NCBI GenBank assembly: GCA_963695545.1
Contig: OY968796.1
Location: forward strand, 288,001-352,000
Source of the DNA: Terriglobia bacterium
GTDB taxonomy: Bacteria; Acidobacteriota; Terriglobia; Acidiferrales; UBA7541
DNA: 64,000 nt
Reading direction: 5' to 3'
Shown: positions 1 to 10,044 of the stretch, in pieces
Layout: the number at the start of each line of letters is the position of its first letter
Numbering within the stretch: the stretch's first letter is position 1
Notes under the pieces: generated by a model
The model's input: the letters and a program-made list of their open reading frames with translations, nothing else
The model's database searches: none
Told to the model about the DNA's origin: nothing
Position numbers and translations under genes: made by a program

Positions 1-127
1 TGAAGCTTAGGTGATATCCGCAAGGCGAGTTCAAACCGAGAAGTATCCAATTGAGGATGCCGGATAAATCCGTGCCCTGCTAAAGACCATTTATGAGACG
101 GCTTCCAGGCGTTCTTTTTTAGCCGCG

Positions 128-2305
128 TCATGGGACGTTGACCACGGTGTTGACCATGGTCACGGAGGCCACGAGCGAGAGCGCGCGGCCATCGAGCGTG
201 GTTATGTTTGCGCTGCCGACGGTTGAGAACACGACTCCCGCGGACGCGATGATGGTGCCGACCATGGTGCCGCCACCGCCGGGATTGATGGTGGCCTGAC
301 TGCCGACCTGCCAATAGACGTTGGCGGCCTGCGCTCCGTTGATGAGGATAATGTTGCGCGGGAAACCGGGCGCGCCGACGGTGAGCGAGCTGGCCATCTG
401 GAAAACCCAGACGGCGTTGGCATTGCCCTGGGCATCGAGAGTCAGGTCGGAACCAGTGAGCAAGAACGAGCCGCTGGCGGCCTGGTAGGTGCCGGGAGGG
501 AGAGTGAGCCCGCCGAGCTGGCCCGCGCCGGGATCGCTGCCTCCGGGGCGCGAAGCGGGAGAAAGATTGATGTAGGCGGCGGTGGCGGCAGTGGCGGCAG
601 CTGTGGCGATATTGAATGTTGTGGTGGTGCCTTCGGAGGGACACGCGCCCGTGGGGGGCGGCGGCGCGGTGTAGATCAGTCCGTTGACCGTGCCGATATT
701 GCTGGGCGTTTCTATGTAAGTGCATCCGACACCAGCGTCGTGGAATCCAGTGACGGTGGTGGAAGCGGCGGTGGTTCCGAGATCTCCATTGATGACGGTG
801 TTGATGCCGGTATTGGTGATGCCGGCTCCGCCGCCGAAGGCTCCAAACGTGGAAGCGACTCCGAGCGCAGGCCCTACCGGCGCGCCGGAAACGCCGGTGA
901 AAAAGGACCAGGGATTCGGCGCGACTCCGGGAGCGAGTGGGTTGCCGCCCAGGTCGGTGGCGGCGGTTGAGATCGTGGCAGTGTATTCGGAATTGGGAGC
1001 GAGAGGGGCGGTGGGAGTGAAGGTCGCCATGTCGGCGGCGGCGTTGTAGGTGACGACACCGGGAACGGCGGCTCCGCCAACGCCGGCGACGGCGAGGGTG
1101 AATGTGCCGGTAGCGGTGATGGAGAGCGGATTCATGGCTTCACTGAAGGTGGCGCTGACCGTGGTGTTGACGGGAATGTTGGGCGCGACATTCGCGGGAT
1201 TGGTGAGCGTGATGGTTGGCGGCGTGGCGTCAGGGCCGGCGCCGGTTGAAAAACTCCACGGATTGGGGACGACGCCCGCGGCGAGTGGATTGCCGGCGAG
1301 ATCTTTGGCGGCGACGGTGATCGTGGCGGTGAAATGTGAGTTGGGCGCGAGGGGTGTGGTCGGGGTGAAGGTCGCCGTGGTGCCGGCGTAACCGACGGTG
1401 CCGGGGACGTTTGCGCCGCCACCGAAAACCGCGACGGTGAATGTTCCGGGGGCGGTGATGGTCGCGGGGTCCATGGCTTCGCTGAATGCGGCGGTGATGA
1501 TTTGATTTGTGGGAACCGCGGCTGCGCCAGAGACGGGAGCGGTGACGAGCACGGTCGGCGCCGTGGCGTCGACGGTCGTGCCGGTGGTGAAAGACCAGAT
1601 GCGATTGCTGGAGAGATTGTTGCCGTATGCGCTTTGGGCCCCGGTGTCAATCTCGGCGGTGTAGACGGTGTTGGGCAGCAAATTCGCGGTGGGAGCGAAG
1701 GTCGCGGAATTGGCTCCCGCGATGTAAGCGACGGTTCCGGGGACCATTGCTCCGCCGACGCCGGCGAGTTTGAGCGTGAATGTGCCCGGCGCGGTGATGG
1801 TCGCGGGATTCATGGACTCGCTGAAGGTGGCGAGGAGATGCAGGTTCAGGGGAACGTTGGTGGCGCCGGGGAGAGGAATCGTGGCGACGACGGTGGGGAT
1901 GGTGCTCGTGGTGAAGGTCCACGGATAGGCGGCGGCGAGCTTGCGGCCGTTAGGGTCCAGAGCGCCGAGAGTGATCATGGCGTTGTAGGGAGTGACCGGA
2001 GAGAGGGGGAGGGTCGGCGTGAAGGTCGCGGTGGTTTGGGAGAACGCGACGACGCCATTGACAGCGACTCCGCCCGGGCCGGTGAGCGTGAACGTGGAGG
2101 TATTGATGGTGGCGGGATCCATGGGCTCATTGAATGTTGCGCCAATGACCTGCGTGATCGGGACGTGCGTGGCGCCATTCAGGGGCGAGACGGCGACCAC
2201 CGCCGGCGGAGCGAAGCCGGGCGCTTGCTCGGCGCCGCATCCGGCCGCGAAAGCTGCCGTGAGAATCGCCAGAATCCAGATTCCTTGTGCGGATAGTTTG
2301 CGCAT
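128..2305 (-). CDS. Lipoprotein with four bacterial Ig-like repeats and a C-terminal ice-binding-like (DUF3494-type) domain
   Basis: Signal/lipobox (FAAGC); four repeats of 'P.V....P..GA..VP.N..I.A.FSE.M.P.TI...TFT...W.FTT'; C-terminal 'LTLPPGTY...LTLDAQGNANAVWVFQ...AANVYWQVGS.AT...MVGTIIA...GRAL'. Confidence 0.85.
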   Translation of the reverse strand: MRKLSAQGIWILAILTAAFAAGCGAEQAPGFAPPAVVAVSPLNGATHVPITQVIGATFNEPMDPATINTSTFTLTGPGGVAVNGVVAFSQTTATFTPTLPLSPVTPYNAMITLGALDPNGRKLAAAYPWTFTTSTIPTVVATIPLPGATNVPLNLHLLATFSESMNPATITAPGTFTLKLAGVGGAMVPGTVAYIAGANSATFAPTANLLPNTVYTAEIDTGAQSAYGNNLSSNRIWSFTTGTTVDATAPTVLVTAPVSGAAAVPTNQIITAAFSEAMDPATITAPGTFTVAVFGGGANVPGTVGYAGTTATFTPTTPLAPNSHFTATITVAAKDLAGNPLAAGVVPNPWSFSTGAGPDATPPTITLTNPANVAPNIPVNTTVSATFSEAMNPLSITATGTFTLAVAGVGGAAVPGVVTYNAAADMATFTPTAPLAPNSEYTATISTAATDLGGNPLAPGVAPNPWSFFTGVSGAPVGPALGVASTFGAFGGGAGITNTGINTVINGDLGTTAASTTVTGFHDAGVGCTYIETPSNIGTVNGLIYTAPPPPTGACPSEGTTTTFNIATAAATAATAAYINLSPASRPGGSDPGAGQLGGLTLPPGTYQAASGSFLLTGSDLTLDAQGNANAVWVFQMASSLTVGAPGFPRNIILINGAQAANVYWQVGSQATINPGGGGTMVGTIIASAGVVFSTVGSANITTLDGRALSLVASVTMVNTVVNVP

Positions 2306-2567
2306 TTGATTCTCCTATTCAAGCGGCGGAGCGGCGACATCCTGCGGCACGATCGACACCTCGCGAAGGCGGGCGGAACGAATCGGGCGGATTTTCGGCG
2401 GCGCGACAACGGTCGCCTCTACCACGCGGGCGCGAATGCCGGAAGGCTCACGAACAATCAGCGGCGAACGATTCGACTCGTGAGCGGAACTCGGCGCGCT
2501 GACGCGATTGCGCGCAACGCGAGGCGCGAATTTTCGTTTCACAGCTGCTCACGAGCGAGGGAATTCA

Positions 2568-2583
2568 TGCACGAGCGGTGCCA
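2568..2583 (-). promoter_or_regulatory. Putative sigma54 -24/-12 promoter for the ice-binding-type gene
   Basis: Minus strand TGGCACCGCTCGTGCA = GG-N10-GC, one mismatch to TGGCAC-N5-TTGCA. Confidence 0.55.
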
Positions 2584-2630
2584 GAGCCAGTTCGGGATAT
2601 TGCTGCGGCGGGCGATACCTAACTTGTGGC

Positions 2631-2643
2631 TAAGTTCTTGATT
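2631..2643 (-). promoter_or_regulatory. Putative IHF binding site
   Basis: Minus strand AATCAAGAACTTA matches WATCAANNNNTTR, about 48 bp upstream of the sigma54 motif. Confidence 0.5.
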
Positions 2644-2776
2644 TCATGGGCACGGAAAAACCGAGTGGGGCGCGAGACTGCACACGCGTTGCGCGTTGCG
2701 ACGCGGTTCGATTCCAAATGGGGAGGACGCAAGGGCCATTTGGGGATGACATCGGCGGACGGACGGTGTGCGGACG

Positions 2777-3511
2777 CTAGTTGCTGCCCATGGTGAATTT
2801 TACGGTGATGGTTGTATCGACTTCGACGGGGACATTGTTGAGAAGCGTGGGTTGATAGCGCCACTGGCGGACGGCGTCGAGAGCGGCCTGGATCAGCAAG
2901 GGGTGACCGGAAATTACGGACAATTGTTCGACGCGGCCGTCTTTCGAGATGATGGCGTGGAGCACGACGTCGCCCTGGATGCGCGCTTGACGCGCGAGCG
3001 GCGGATACTCGGGCATGGGCTGGTTGATGAGCATGGCTGCCTGGACGGCACCGCCTTTGCGGATGCGTTGCGGGCGCGCGACGGGAGCGGGAGGCGCGGC
3101 TGGGGCGGTTTCGCTCATGAGGCCATCGGGCACGCCGGTGGGCGAGCCGTTGGGCACGCCGCCGGGGACGCCGGTTGCTGGGCTCGCTTCGATTTCGGGC
3201 GCGGCTGGTTCGGCGGTCATGTCTACGTGAGACGGAATCGATTGCGGAGCTGTGAAGATAGCTTCACGGAATCGCGTGGGCTGGCGCGGAGTTCTGGTCT
3301 GCGGCGCGGTGGGCGGCGCGGAGGCAGGCGGAGGAGTGGGGGCCATCATGATCATTTTCAACATGGCCTTGGGAAGCGCTTGAGTGTGGACGAGAGGAAT
3401 CAGGATCAGGACGCCGACGAGAAAAATCTGCACGAACACGGATACAGTGACGGTCCAGGGCTTGCGGGTGATGTCTTTGGCTACGCTTGATTCGACTAGA
3501 TCGTTAAACAT
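2777..3511 (-). CDS. tonB: TonB-family energy transducer
   Basis: N-terminal TM helix, Pro-rich linker, C-terminal 'PEYPPLARQARIQGDVVL...AALDAVRQWRYQP'; start reassigned to ATG at 3511 (RBS AGGAG). Confidence 0.85.
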   Translation of the reverse strand: MFNDLVESSVAKDITRKPWTVTVSVFVQIFLVGVLILIPLVHTQALPKAMLKMIMMAPTPPPASAPPTAPQTRTPRQPTRFREAIFTAPQSIPSHVDMTAEPAAPEIEASPATGVPGGVPNGSPTGVPDGLMSETAPAAPPAPVARPQRIRKGGAVQAAMLINQPMPEYPPLARQARIQGDVVLHAIISKDGRVEQLSVISGHPLLIQAALDAVRQWRYQPTLLNNVPVEVDTTITVKFTMGSN

Positions 3512-3893
3512 GTCGTGGCTCCTTTTTTTTGCAATGCGCTCCGCGCAGTCCGGTTTGCAACGCGCCGTGCGGATCGGCGAATGAACGCGCTCCGCGCTCA
3601 CACGAATCTGGAGGGCTCTAATTAGAGCCCGCGCTGGCTGAAGCGACGGGTGTGTGCGGGCCGCTTGAAGCAATGCGCTCCGCGCAGCCCGGAGAAAAGA
3701 AACGATCGCACGCGCGCTTGAATTGTTAGACACCGCTTCGAGCTTGCGGTTCCCGCGGCTCAAGAACAATTGCCGGTTTTTTTCGGTCCGCGATTAACGC
3801 TTTTGCAATCTATTCCGCGGAGGACAATACCCACCCGGCGACGCTGCGGCGCTCGCGAATTGAGGGCTCGCTTGGGCAAGCCTAGACTGGTTC

Positions 3894-5285
3894 ATGAACA
3901 TGGAATCTCCGTCGGCCACGGTTACCCGCAGCGTTACGAACGATACTCCCGGACTGCGTCTCTCGGACCTGATCTCCGCACTGTCATTCGCGCTGGACTT
4001 GACCGAAGGGCAGCCAATGGGCCATGCGGTGAATTGCTGCGTGATCGGGATGCGCCTGGCGGAAATTCTGGGCGTCGCGCGGGAGGAGCGGTCCAATCTG
4101 TATTACGCGCTGCTGCTGAAGGACGCGGGGTGCAGCAACAACGCCGCGCGCATGTACCAGATATTCGGCGGCGACGACATCAAGGCCAAGCGCGAGGTGA
4201 AAACTACGGACTGGAGCCGGATGACGTTCGACGGCTTGCAATATTTGCTGCGCAACGTGATGCCGGGAAAATCGACGCTCGAGCGCGTGCTCTCGATGGC
4301 CAACGTGGTGGTGAATCGTAACTCGCAAACGAGCGAATTGATCGAATTGCGATGCGAGCGCGGCGCGTCGATCGCGCGACGCATTGGGTTTTCCGAAGAC
4401 ACGGCGCGGGCCATCCAGGCGCTGGACGAGCACTGGGACGGCAAAGGTTTTCCGAACCGGCTGAAGGGCGAAGCGATTCCGTTGTTCGCGAGAATCTTGA
4501 GCGTGGCGCAGACCCTCGAAGTGTTCGCCACGCTGAACGGGCCGGAGGAAGCGCTGCGGACGATCGAAGATCGGAGCGGAACGTGGTTCGATCCGGAAGT
4601 GGCGCGCGCGGCAAAGGAACTGCGCGCGGACGACAAGCTGTGGGCGGCGCTCATGGACGGAAGCGCGCGCGATATCGCGATGGGCCTCGAGCCGGAAGAG
4701 CGCGTGATGCACGCTTCGGAAGCGTCGATCGACAGCATCTGCAATGCGTTCGCCGAGATCATCGACGCGAAATCGCCGTACACGCACCGGCACTCGCTGG
4801 GCGTGGAGGCGGCGACCACAGCGATTGGGATGCAGCTGGGCCTGCCGGAGAAGGACATGCCCGTCCTGCGGCGCGCCGCGCTGCTGCACGACATCGGGAA
4901 GCTGAGCGTGCCGAACTCGATTCTGGACAAGCCCGGCAAACTGACGGCGCAGGAATGGGAAACGGTTCGGCTGCATCCATACTACACGCAGCGGATTCTG
5001 GAGCGGATCTCGGGATTCGCGCACCTGGCGTTTTTGGCCAGCTCGCATCACGAAAAGCTGAACGGCTCCGGCTACTACCGCAATCTGCGAGGGCCGCAAC
5101 TGCCGATGTCGTCACGCGCGATGGTTGTGGCGGATATCTACGACGCGCTGGCGGCGAAACGGCCGTATCGCGACGCACTTCCGACCGAGACGGTGTTGGA
5201 GATCATGGGCAAGGAAGTTCCGCACGCGCTGGACCCCGATTGTTTCAACGCTCTCCAAGTGTGGCTGCAGAAAAAACAGGCATAG
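3894..5285 (+). CDS. Tandem HD-GYP-type metal-dependent phosphohydrolase
   Basis: Degenerate first domain (LKDAG, EHWDGKGFP); second domain LHDIGK, HHEKLNGSGY, ADIYDAL..RPYR. Confidence 0.85.
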   Translation: MNMESPSATVTRSVTNDTPGLRLSDLISALSFALDLTEGQPMGHAVNCCVIGMRLAEILGVAREERSNLYYALLLKDAGCSNNAARMYQIFGGDDIKAKREVKTTDWSRMTFDGLQYLLRNVMPGKSTLERVLSMANVVVNRNSQTSELIELRCERGASIARRIGFSEDTARAIQALDEHWDGKGFPNRLKGEAIPLFARILSVAQTLEVFATLNGPEEALRTIEDRSGTWFDPEVARAAKELRADDKLWAALMDGSARDIAMGLEPEERVMHASEASIDSICNAFAEIIDAKSPYTHRHSLGVEAATTAIGMQLGLPEKDMPVLRRAALLHDIGKLSVPNSILDKPGKLTAQEWETVRLHPYYTQRILERISGFAHLAFLASSHHEKLNGSGYYRNLRGPQLPMSSRAMVVADIYDALAAKRPYRDALPTETVLEIMGKEVPHALDPDCFNALQVWLQKKQA

Positions 5286-5397
5286 GCCCGGGCGCAGGAA
5301 GCGCGCGTGGCGCGGGGAATACTCGGGCAGCGAACGCGCCGCTCGTGATGGTAGAATCCGACGACTCCAGGTACACCGGATCAGGAGCGCGTTCCGA

Positions 5398-6918
5398 ATG
5401 GCGCACGACGTATTCATCAGCCACTCCGCAAAAAACAAGACGATCGCCGACGCGGTGTGCGCCATGCTGGAGGCGAATGGCATTCGCTGCTGGATTGCGC
5501 CGCGGGACGTCACGCCCGGGATGGAATGGGGCGAGTGCATCATTGAGGCCATCGAGCAGACGCGCGTCATGGTGCTCATCTTTACGGCCGACGCGAATTC
5601 CTCGCCGCAGATTCGCCGAGAAGTGGAGCGGGCGGCCAATCGGGGCGTGGCGATCCTGCCGCTGCGGGTCGAAGACGTCGCGCCGGGCAAGGCGCTCGAA
5701 TACTTCATCGGCAATGTTCACTGGCTCGATGCGCTGACGCCGCCGCTTGAAGATCACCTTAAGGGCCTCGCGGAAACGATTGAAACATTGCTGGCGCGAA
5801 TGGCGCCGCGCGATGGGGCGCCGGCGCGGACAGTTCCGGCCGCGGCAGCGAAGCCGAAAGAGCGTCCCATCCCCGTCACTTCGCCGGAAGCGAAAAAAAG
5901 CGGAGCGCGGCCCGCGTGGTTAGTTCCCGTGCTGGGCGGCGTGGCTGGTGTGATTGTGTTGGGCGCGGCGTGGTTTTACTTCGGAAACAAGCATAGCGCG
6001 CAGACGCCGGCGCCGGCGTCCGGAGCGAATCCGGGTGCGAGCGCCGGCGGCGTCGCGGGCGGGATTCTGGAATCCGACGATGGCGAGCGTTGGAAGGCGC
6101 AAAACACGGGCACCCAGGATGTTCTGGAAGCGATCTTCGCGTCGGCCGACGGCACGCGGCTGTGGGCCGTGGCGAAAAACGGCGCGATCGTGGAATCGGA
6201 CGGCGGGAAAAGCTGGGTAGAGCGGCCCAGCGGCACGCCGAACAATTTGTACGCGATTTTCGGATCGAGCGATGGCCGGCGGTTGTGGGCGGTGGGAAAT
6301 CTGGGCACCATCGTGGAGTCGGACGACGGTGAACACTGGAATCGGCTCGACAGCGGAACGCCGTACACGCTGCTGGGCGTGTTCGGCACGAGCGACGGCA
6401 AGCGGCTGTGGGCGGTCGGCGACTACGGCACGATTCTGGAATCGAGCGACGGCGAGCATTGGGTGGCGCGCAACAGCGGCACGCCGAACAATCTGCACTC
6501 GATTTTCGGAACGCCGGACGGAAAGCAAATGTGGGTGGCCGGCGACAAAGGCACGATTCTCGAATCAACTGATGGCGAACACTGGAGCCATTTGAACGGC
6601 GGCACGACGAACACACTTTATTCGATTTTCGGAACCAGCGACGGAAAGCGGCTGTGGGCCGTCGGCGATAGCGGCACGGTGGTGGAATCGGACGACGGTG
6701 AAAACTGGTCGGCGTATAGCAGCGGCACTCCGAACATTCTTCAATCGATCTTCGCGACGGCGGACGGCAGACGAGTGTGGGTGGTCGGGCGGAATGCGAC
6801 GCTGCTCGAATCAGACGACGGCAAGCACTGGAACAGCCTCAATAGCGGCACTTCGATGAGTCTATTTTCGATCGTTGGGACGCCGGACGGCAAACACCTC
6901 TGGAGCGTCGGGCACTAG
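5398..6918 (+). CDS. TIR domain + transmembrane helix + seven-repeat beta-propeller protein
   Basis: N-terminal 'HDVFISHS...CWIAPRDV...IRREVERA'; hydrophobic segment; seven 41-aa repeats; start at ATG 5398 after AGGAG. Confidence 0.8.
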   Translation: MAHDVFISHSAKNKTIADAVCAMLEANGIRCWIAPRDVTPGMEWGECIIEAIEQTRVMVLIFTADANSSPQIRREVERAANRGVAILPLRVEDVAPGKALEYFIGNVHWLDALTPPLEDHLKGLAETIETLLARMAPRDGAPARTVPAAAAKPKERPIPVTSPEAKKSGARPAWLVPVLGGVAGVIVLGAAWFYFGNKHSAQTPAPASGANPGASAGGVAGGILESDDGERWKAQNTGTQDVLEAIFASADGTRLWAVAKNGAIVESDGGKSWVERPSGTPNNLYAIFGSSDGRRLWAVGNLGTIVESDDGEHWNRLDSGTPYTLLGVFGTSDGKRLWAVGDYGTILESSDGEHWVARNSGTPNNLHSIFGTPDGKQMWVAGDKGTILESTDGEHWSHLNGGTTNTLYSIFGTSDGKRLWAVGDSGTVVESDDGENWSAYSSGTPNILQSIFATADGRRVWVVGRNATLLESDDGKHWNSLNSGTSMSLFSIVGTPDGKHLWSVGH

Positions 6919-6982
6919 ATCACAAACCCTGCGCCGTGCGCCGGCGAACGCTGGCATGTGCGCGGCGAGGGAGTCGAGCACA

Positions 6983-7171
6983 CTAGGCGCTTTTTTTCTT
7001 GGGGACCTTCGCGCCTCGTTTGCGGGCTTCGGACAGGCCGATGGCGATGGCTTGCTTCCGACTTTTCACGACGCCGCCCTTGCCACCCTTACCAGAGCGA
7101 AGTTTACCGGCTTCCTCGAGACGCACCGCGCGCTCGACGCTCTTGCCCGCGGACTTTCCGTATTTCGCCAT
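6983..7171 (-). CDS. Small basic protein (DUF6496-like, 62 aa)
   Basis: 'GKLRSGKGG..VKSRKQAIAIGLSEARK.GAKVP' motif; GAAGGGG RBS. Confidence 0.75.
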   Translation of the reverse strand: MAKYGKSAGKSVERAVRLEEAGKLRSGKGGKGGVVKSRKQAIAIGLSEARKRGAKVPKKKSA

Positions 7172-7218
7172 GTCGTTCCCCCTTCGTGAGTTCGAAAGAT
7201 GATGATGAAGCGTCTCGG

Positions 7219-7464
7219 CTAAGCCTTCTTGATCAATCGAAGCAACCACAGCAGGATGATCGCGCCGAACACCGCGATTACCAGGCGGCCGATCAATCCG
7301 TAGGCGCCGATTCCGATCAATCCGAATGCGAAGCTGCCGAGCAGCGAGCCGATTACGCCCACTATCAAATCGCCAAGAAGACCGAAGCCGCTTCCCTTCC
7401 AAAGCTGGCCCGCAATCCATCCCGCCAAAATTCCGATGACGATGACCCACACCAGATAGAACAT
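7219..7464 (-). CDS. GlsB/YeaQ/YmgE-family (transglycosylase-associated) membrane protein
   Basis: 81 aa, Gly-rich TM helices 'IGILAGWIAG..GLLGDLIVGVIGSLLG...GAIILL'. Confidence 0.8.
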   Translation of the reverse strand: MFYLVWVIVIGILAGWIAGQLWKGSGFGLLGDLIVGVIGSLLGSFAFGLIGIGAYGLIGRLVIAVFGAIILLWLLRLIKKA

Positions 7465-7655
7465 CGCGACACCTCGCGTTCAGATCGCTTCGCGGACGGG
7501 GCCACTCGGCGAGCGGCCTGTCGTCCGGAAGCCGGCGACATACTACTATCGGATGCGATCGCGCTGGAAAAGAAACGGCCAGTCTTAATGCCGCGGAAAT
7601 TCGGCGGGGATATTTCTCGAGCCCGGTTGGCGGGCCCGTTCAGAGGCCGCGTTTC

Positions 7656-8573
7656 TCACGCGGCTGGAAAAATAATACGCATCGCGACGCCATTTTTGCC
7701 ACTTCCCAGAGCGTCGATTCTTACCACGGAGCCGCGTTCCTCGTGATTCGTGGAATCATGCGCGCCAGGATTGCGATTGAAGCGAGCCTCCATGCCGGAA
7801 TAGTAGTGGGTGGCACGAGTTTCAAAGTAGAGACCGTACCGGGAAACGTTGATGCTCGTGCACGTTTCTTCCGGCAGGGCGGGATCGAGGGGGCAAACGC
7901 GAATGGTCTCCGAAATATCGACGCGCGGAGAACTCCGTATAACGACCTCCATTCGCGGAATGGCGCGTGAGTAAGCCAGCGCGCTTACCAGAAACAGACA
8001 AAAAGTGAGCACATAAAGACCGGGCCCCGGACTCAAGAGAAACGAATGGGCCATCAGAATGCGCATGGCCACGAAGGGATTCTCGCGCGTGCCCATCGGC
8101 TCGCTTGCGATCAATTCAGCAGTCCAGTGGCGCAGGCCGGAATTCATGACCACCAGATGCACAATGGCGAACAAGCCTAAACAGCCCCCAATGAAAGCGA
8201 GCGCCCAGGTTGATTTGCGCAAAAAAAGCAGATCCAACAGCGTCAAGGCGGCGTAAGCGAAGGCGGCGAAGATGGCGAGAGGCACAATCCACGTGTTTCG
8301 TATACTGATCGGGACGTGGAGTGGCTTCGATATTGAGGGACTTTCGTCGGCGGAGACGGAGGGAACCTCGCGATTCTGAGATAACCCCGATGAGGCGGAT
8401 TCGAGACTGGATCTCAACAGAGCCAACCGGGCGCCGACACGGAGGCCGTTGGCAGACTCATCGCCTGCAAATGCCCCGTGCAGAATCACGAGCGGCGAAA
8501 AGAACATGAGCAGGGCTACACAGAGTGCCAGACCGATCACGATACGTTCTCGTTGGTCCTTTGAAGTGGTCAT
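7656..8573 (-). CDS. Membrane protein with possible C-terminal PilZ-like domain
   Basis: About four TM segments followed by RxxxR (RSSPR) and NxSxxG (NVSRYG) motifs. Confidence 0.55.
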   Translation of the reverse strand: MTTSKDQRERIVIGLALCVALLMFFSPLVILHGAFAGDESANGLRVGARLALLRSSLESASSGLSQNREVPSVSADESPSISKPLHVPISIRNTWIVPLAIFAAFAYAALTLLDLLFLRKSTWALAFIGGCLGLFAIVHLVVMNSGLRHWTAELIASEPMGTRENPFVAMRILMAHSFLLSPGPGLYVLTFCLFLVSALAYSRAIPRMEVVIRSSPRVDISETIRVCPLDPALPEETCTSINVSRYGLYFETRATHYYSGMEARFNRNPGAHDSTNHEERGSVVRIDALGSGKNGVAMRIIFPAA

Positions 8574-8768
8574 CGATCCTCTTTTTTAGCTCGGGACTGC
8601 TTTCGCGAACCGTCGAAAGAGGGGGAACGTTCGGGGCTGTATGGAATTATCGCCTAGAACCACTTCTGCCCGCCCGCTATAACCAAGACGCTGTGGCCAT
8701 CGAGTAACCGTCAAAGCAATCGGCGGCACACAAACCTGGAAAAGCGACACGAGGCGGAGCGGAAAAGT

Positions 8769-8845
8769 TGGAGGCGCGGGTGGGATTTGAACCCACGCGT
8801 GGAGGTTTTGCAGACCTCTCCCTTAGACCTCTTGGGTACCGCGCC
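8769..8845 (-). tRNA. tRNA-Cys (GCA)
   Basis: Cloverleaf GGCGCGG/CCGCGCC, anticodon arm GAGGT-CTGCAAA-ACCTC, T-loop TTCAAAT, U73 and encoded CCA. Confidence 0.95.
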
Positions 8846-8902
8846 CTGGGATTGTCAGTATATCGAAAATCGGCGGCGCTTGCCTCGGAGGGCGTGCCTG
8901 CG

Positions 8903-9928
8903 TTACGCCGGATCGGTCTTCGGAACGGGAACTTGAGCCTCGCGCAGGAAGCGAGCGGATTCTTCGGGCGGCGTGGGGCATATGTAGAAGCCCGAGCCCC
9001 ATTCAAAACCGGCGACTTTGGTGAGCAACGGAATAATCTCGATGTGCCAGTGATAATGGTCGTTGGTTTCTTCGCCGACGGGAGAAGTGTGAATCATGAA
9101 ATTGTAGGGCGGGCGATCGAGCACTGCATCCAGGCGCGCAAGACAATCCTTGAGCATCAGCGCGAGGCTGGCGAACACGGAGCTTTGATTATTTTCAAAC
9201 GAAGAAGCGTGCGCTTTCGGGAGCAGCCACATCTCGAAAGGAAATCGCGGCGCGTAGGGCGCGAGCGCGATGAACAGATCGCTTTCAGCGATCACGCGCG
9301 TTTTCGATTCGCGCTCCTGGCGGATCATGTCGCAGAAAATGCAGCGCTCTTTGTCCTGGAAGTAGTGGCGCGCGGAATCCACTTCTTCGCGGACGCGCTT
9401 GGGGACGATGGGCAGCGCGATCAATTGCGAATGCGGGTGTTCGAGCGACGCGCCGGCGGCCTCGCCGTGATTCTTGAAGATCAGGACGTAGCGGAAGCGC
9501 TTGTCGTTCTTGAGATCGAGCATGCGGTCGCGGAACGCGAAGAGCACGTCTTCGACGGCGCGCGCGGGAAGCGTGGCGAGCGTGCTGGCGTGCTCGGGCG
9601 TTTCGATGATCACTTCGTGGGCGCCGACGCCGTTCATGCGGTCGTACAAGCCTTCGCCCTGGCGGTCGAGTTCGCCTTCGATGCCGAGCGCCGGAAATTT
9701 ATTCGATACGACGCGCACGCGCCAACCGGGCGAGTTTGGCTGGCCGCCCTCGCGGCCGTATTGCAGAAGTTCCGGCGGCGTCTTTTGCTCGTTGCCACTG
9801 CAGAAAGCACAAAACCCGATCCCTTTGACTTGCACACTCTGGCGCGCGAAATCGCTCGGCCGCTTGGCGCGGTCGGTCGAGATGATGACCCAACGTCCGG
9901 TGATGAGATCCCTGCGAAGCTCCGGCAA
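8903..9928 (-). CDS. galT: Galactose-1-phosphate uridylyltransferase
   Basis: 'MPELRRD...RAKRP', CAFC, 'NKFPAL', 'GASLEHPHSQ'. Confidence 0.92.
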   Translation of the reverse strand: MPELRRDLITGRWVIISTDRAKRPSDFARQSVQVKGIGFCAFCSGNEQKTPPELLQYGREGGQPNSPGWRVRVVSNKFPALGIEGELDRQGEGLYDRMNGVGAHEVIIETPEHASTLATLPARAVEDVLFAFRDRMLDLKNDKRFRYVLIFKNHGEAAGASLEHPHSQLIALPIVPKRVREEVDSARHYFQDKERCIFCDMIRQERESKTRVIAESDLFIALAPYAPRFPFEMWLLPKAHASSFENNQSSVFASLALMLKDCLARLDAVLDRPPYNFMIHTSPVGEETNDHYHWHIEIIPLLTKVAGFEWGSGFYICPTPPEESARFLREAQVPVPKTDPA

Positions 9929-10044
9929 CGAATCCTCCTACACGGGGATGTGCGTGCAGCAACGAATGAAACATATTAGTACGGACTCGTGGCAGGGCAA
10001 ACGGATAGATGACGATCAAGTTTCCTATTGCTGACTACACGTTG

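Noticed and set aside
2315..2542. 75-aa ORF in the ice-binding gene leader
   Set aside because: No RBS or recognisable features; more likely untranslated leader
6060..6915. Nucleotide repeats as a non-coding array
   Set aside because: Fully explained by in-frame 41-aa protein repeats
8700..8845. Integrative element at tRNA-Cys
   Set aside because: No integrase and no duplicated tRNA 3' end seen in the window
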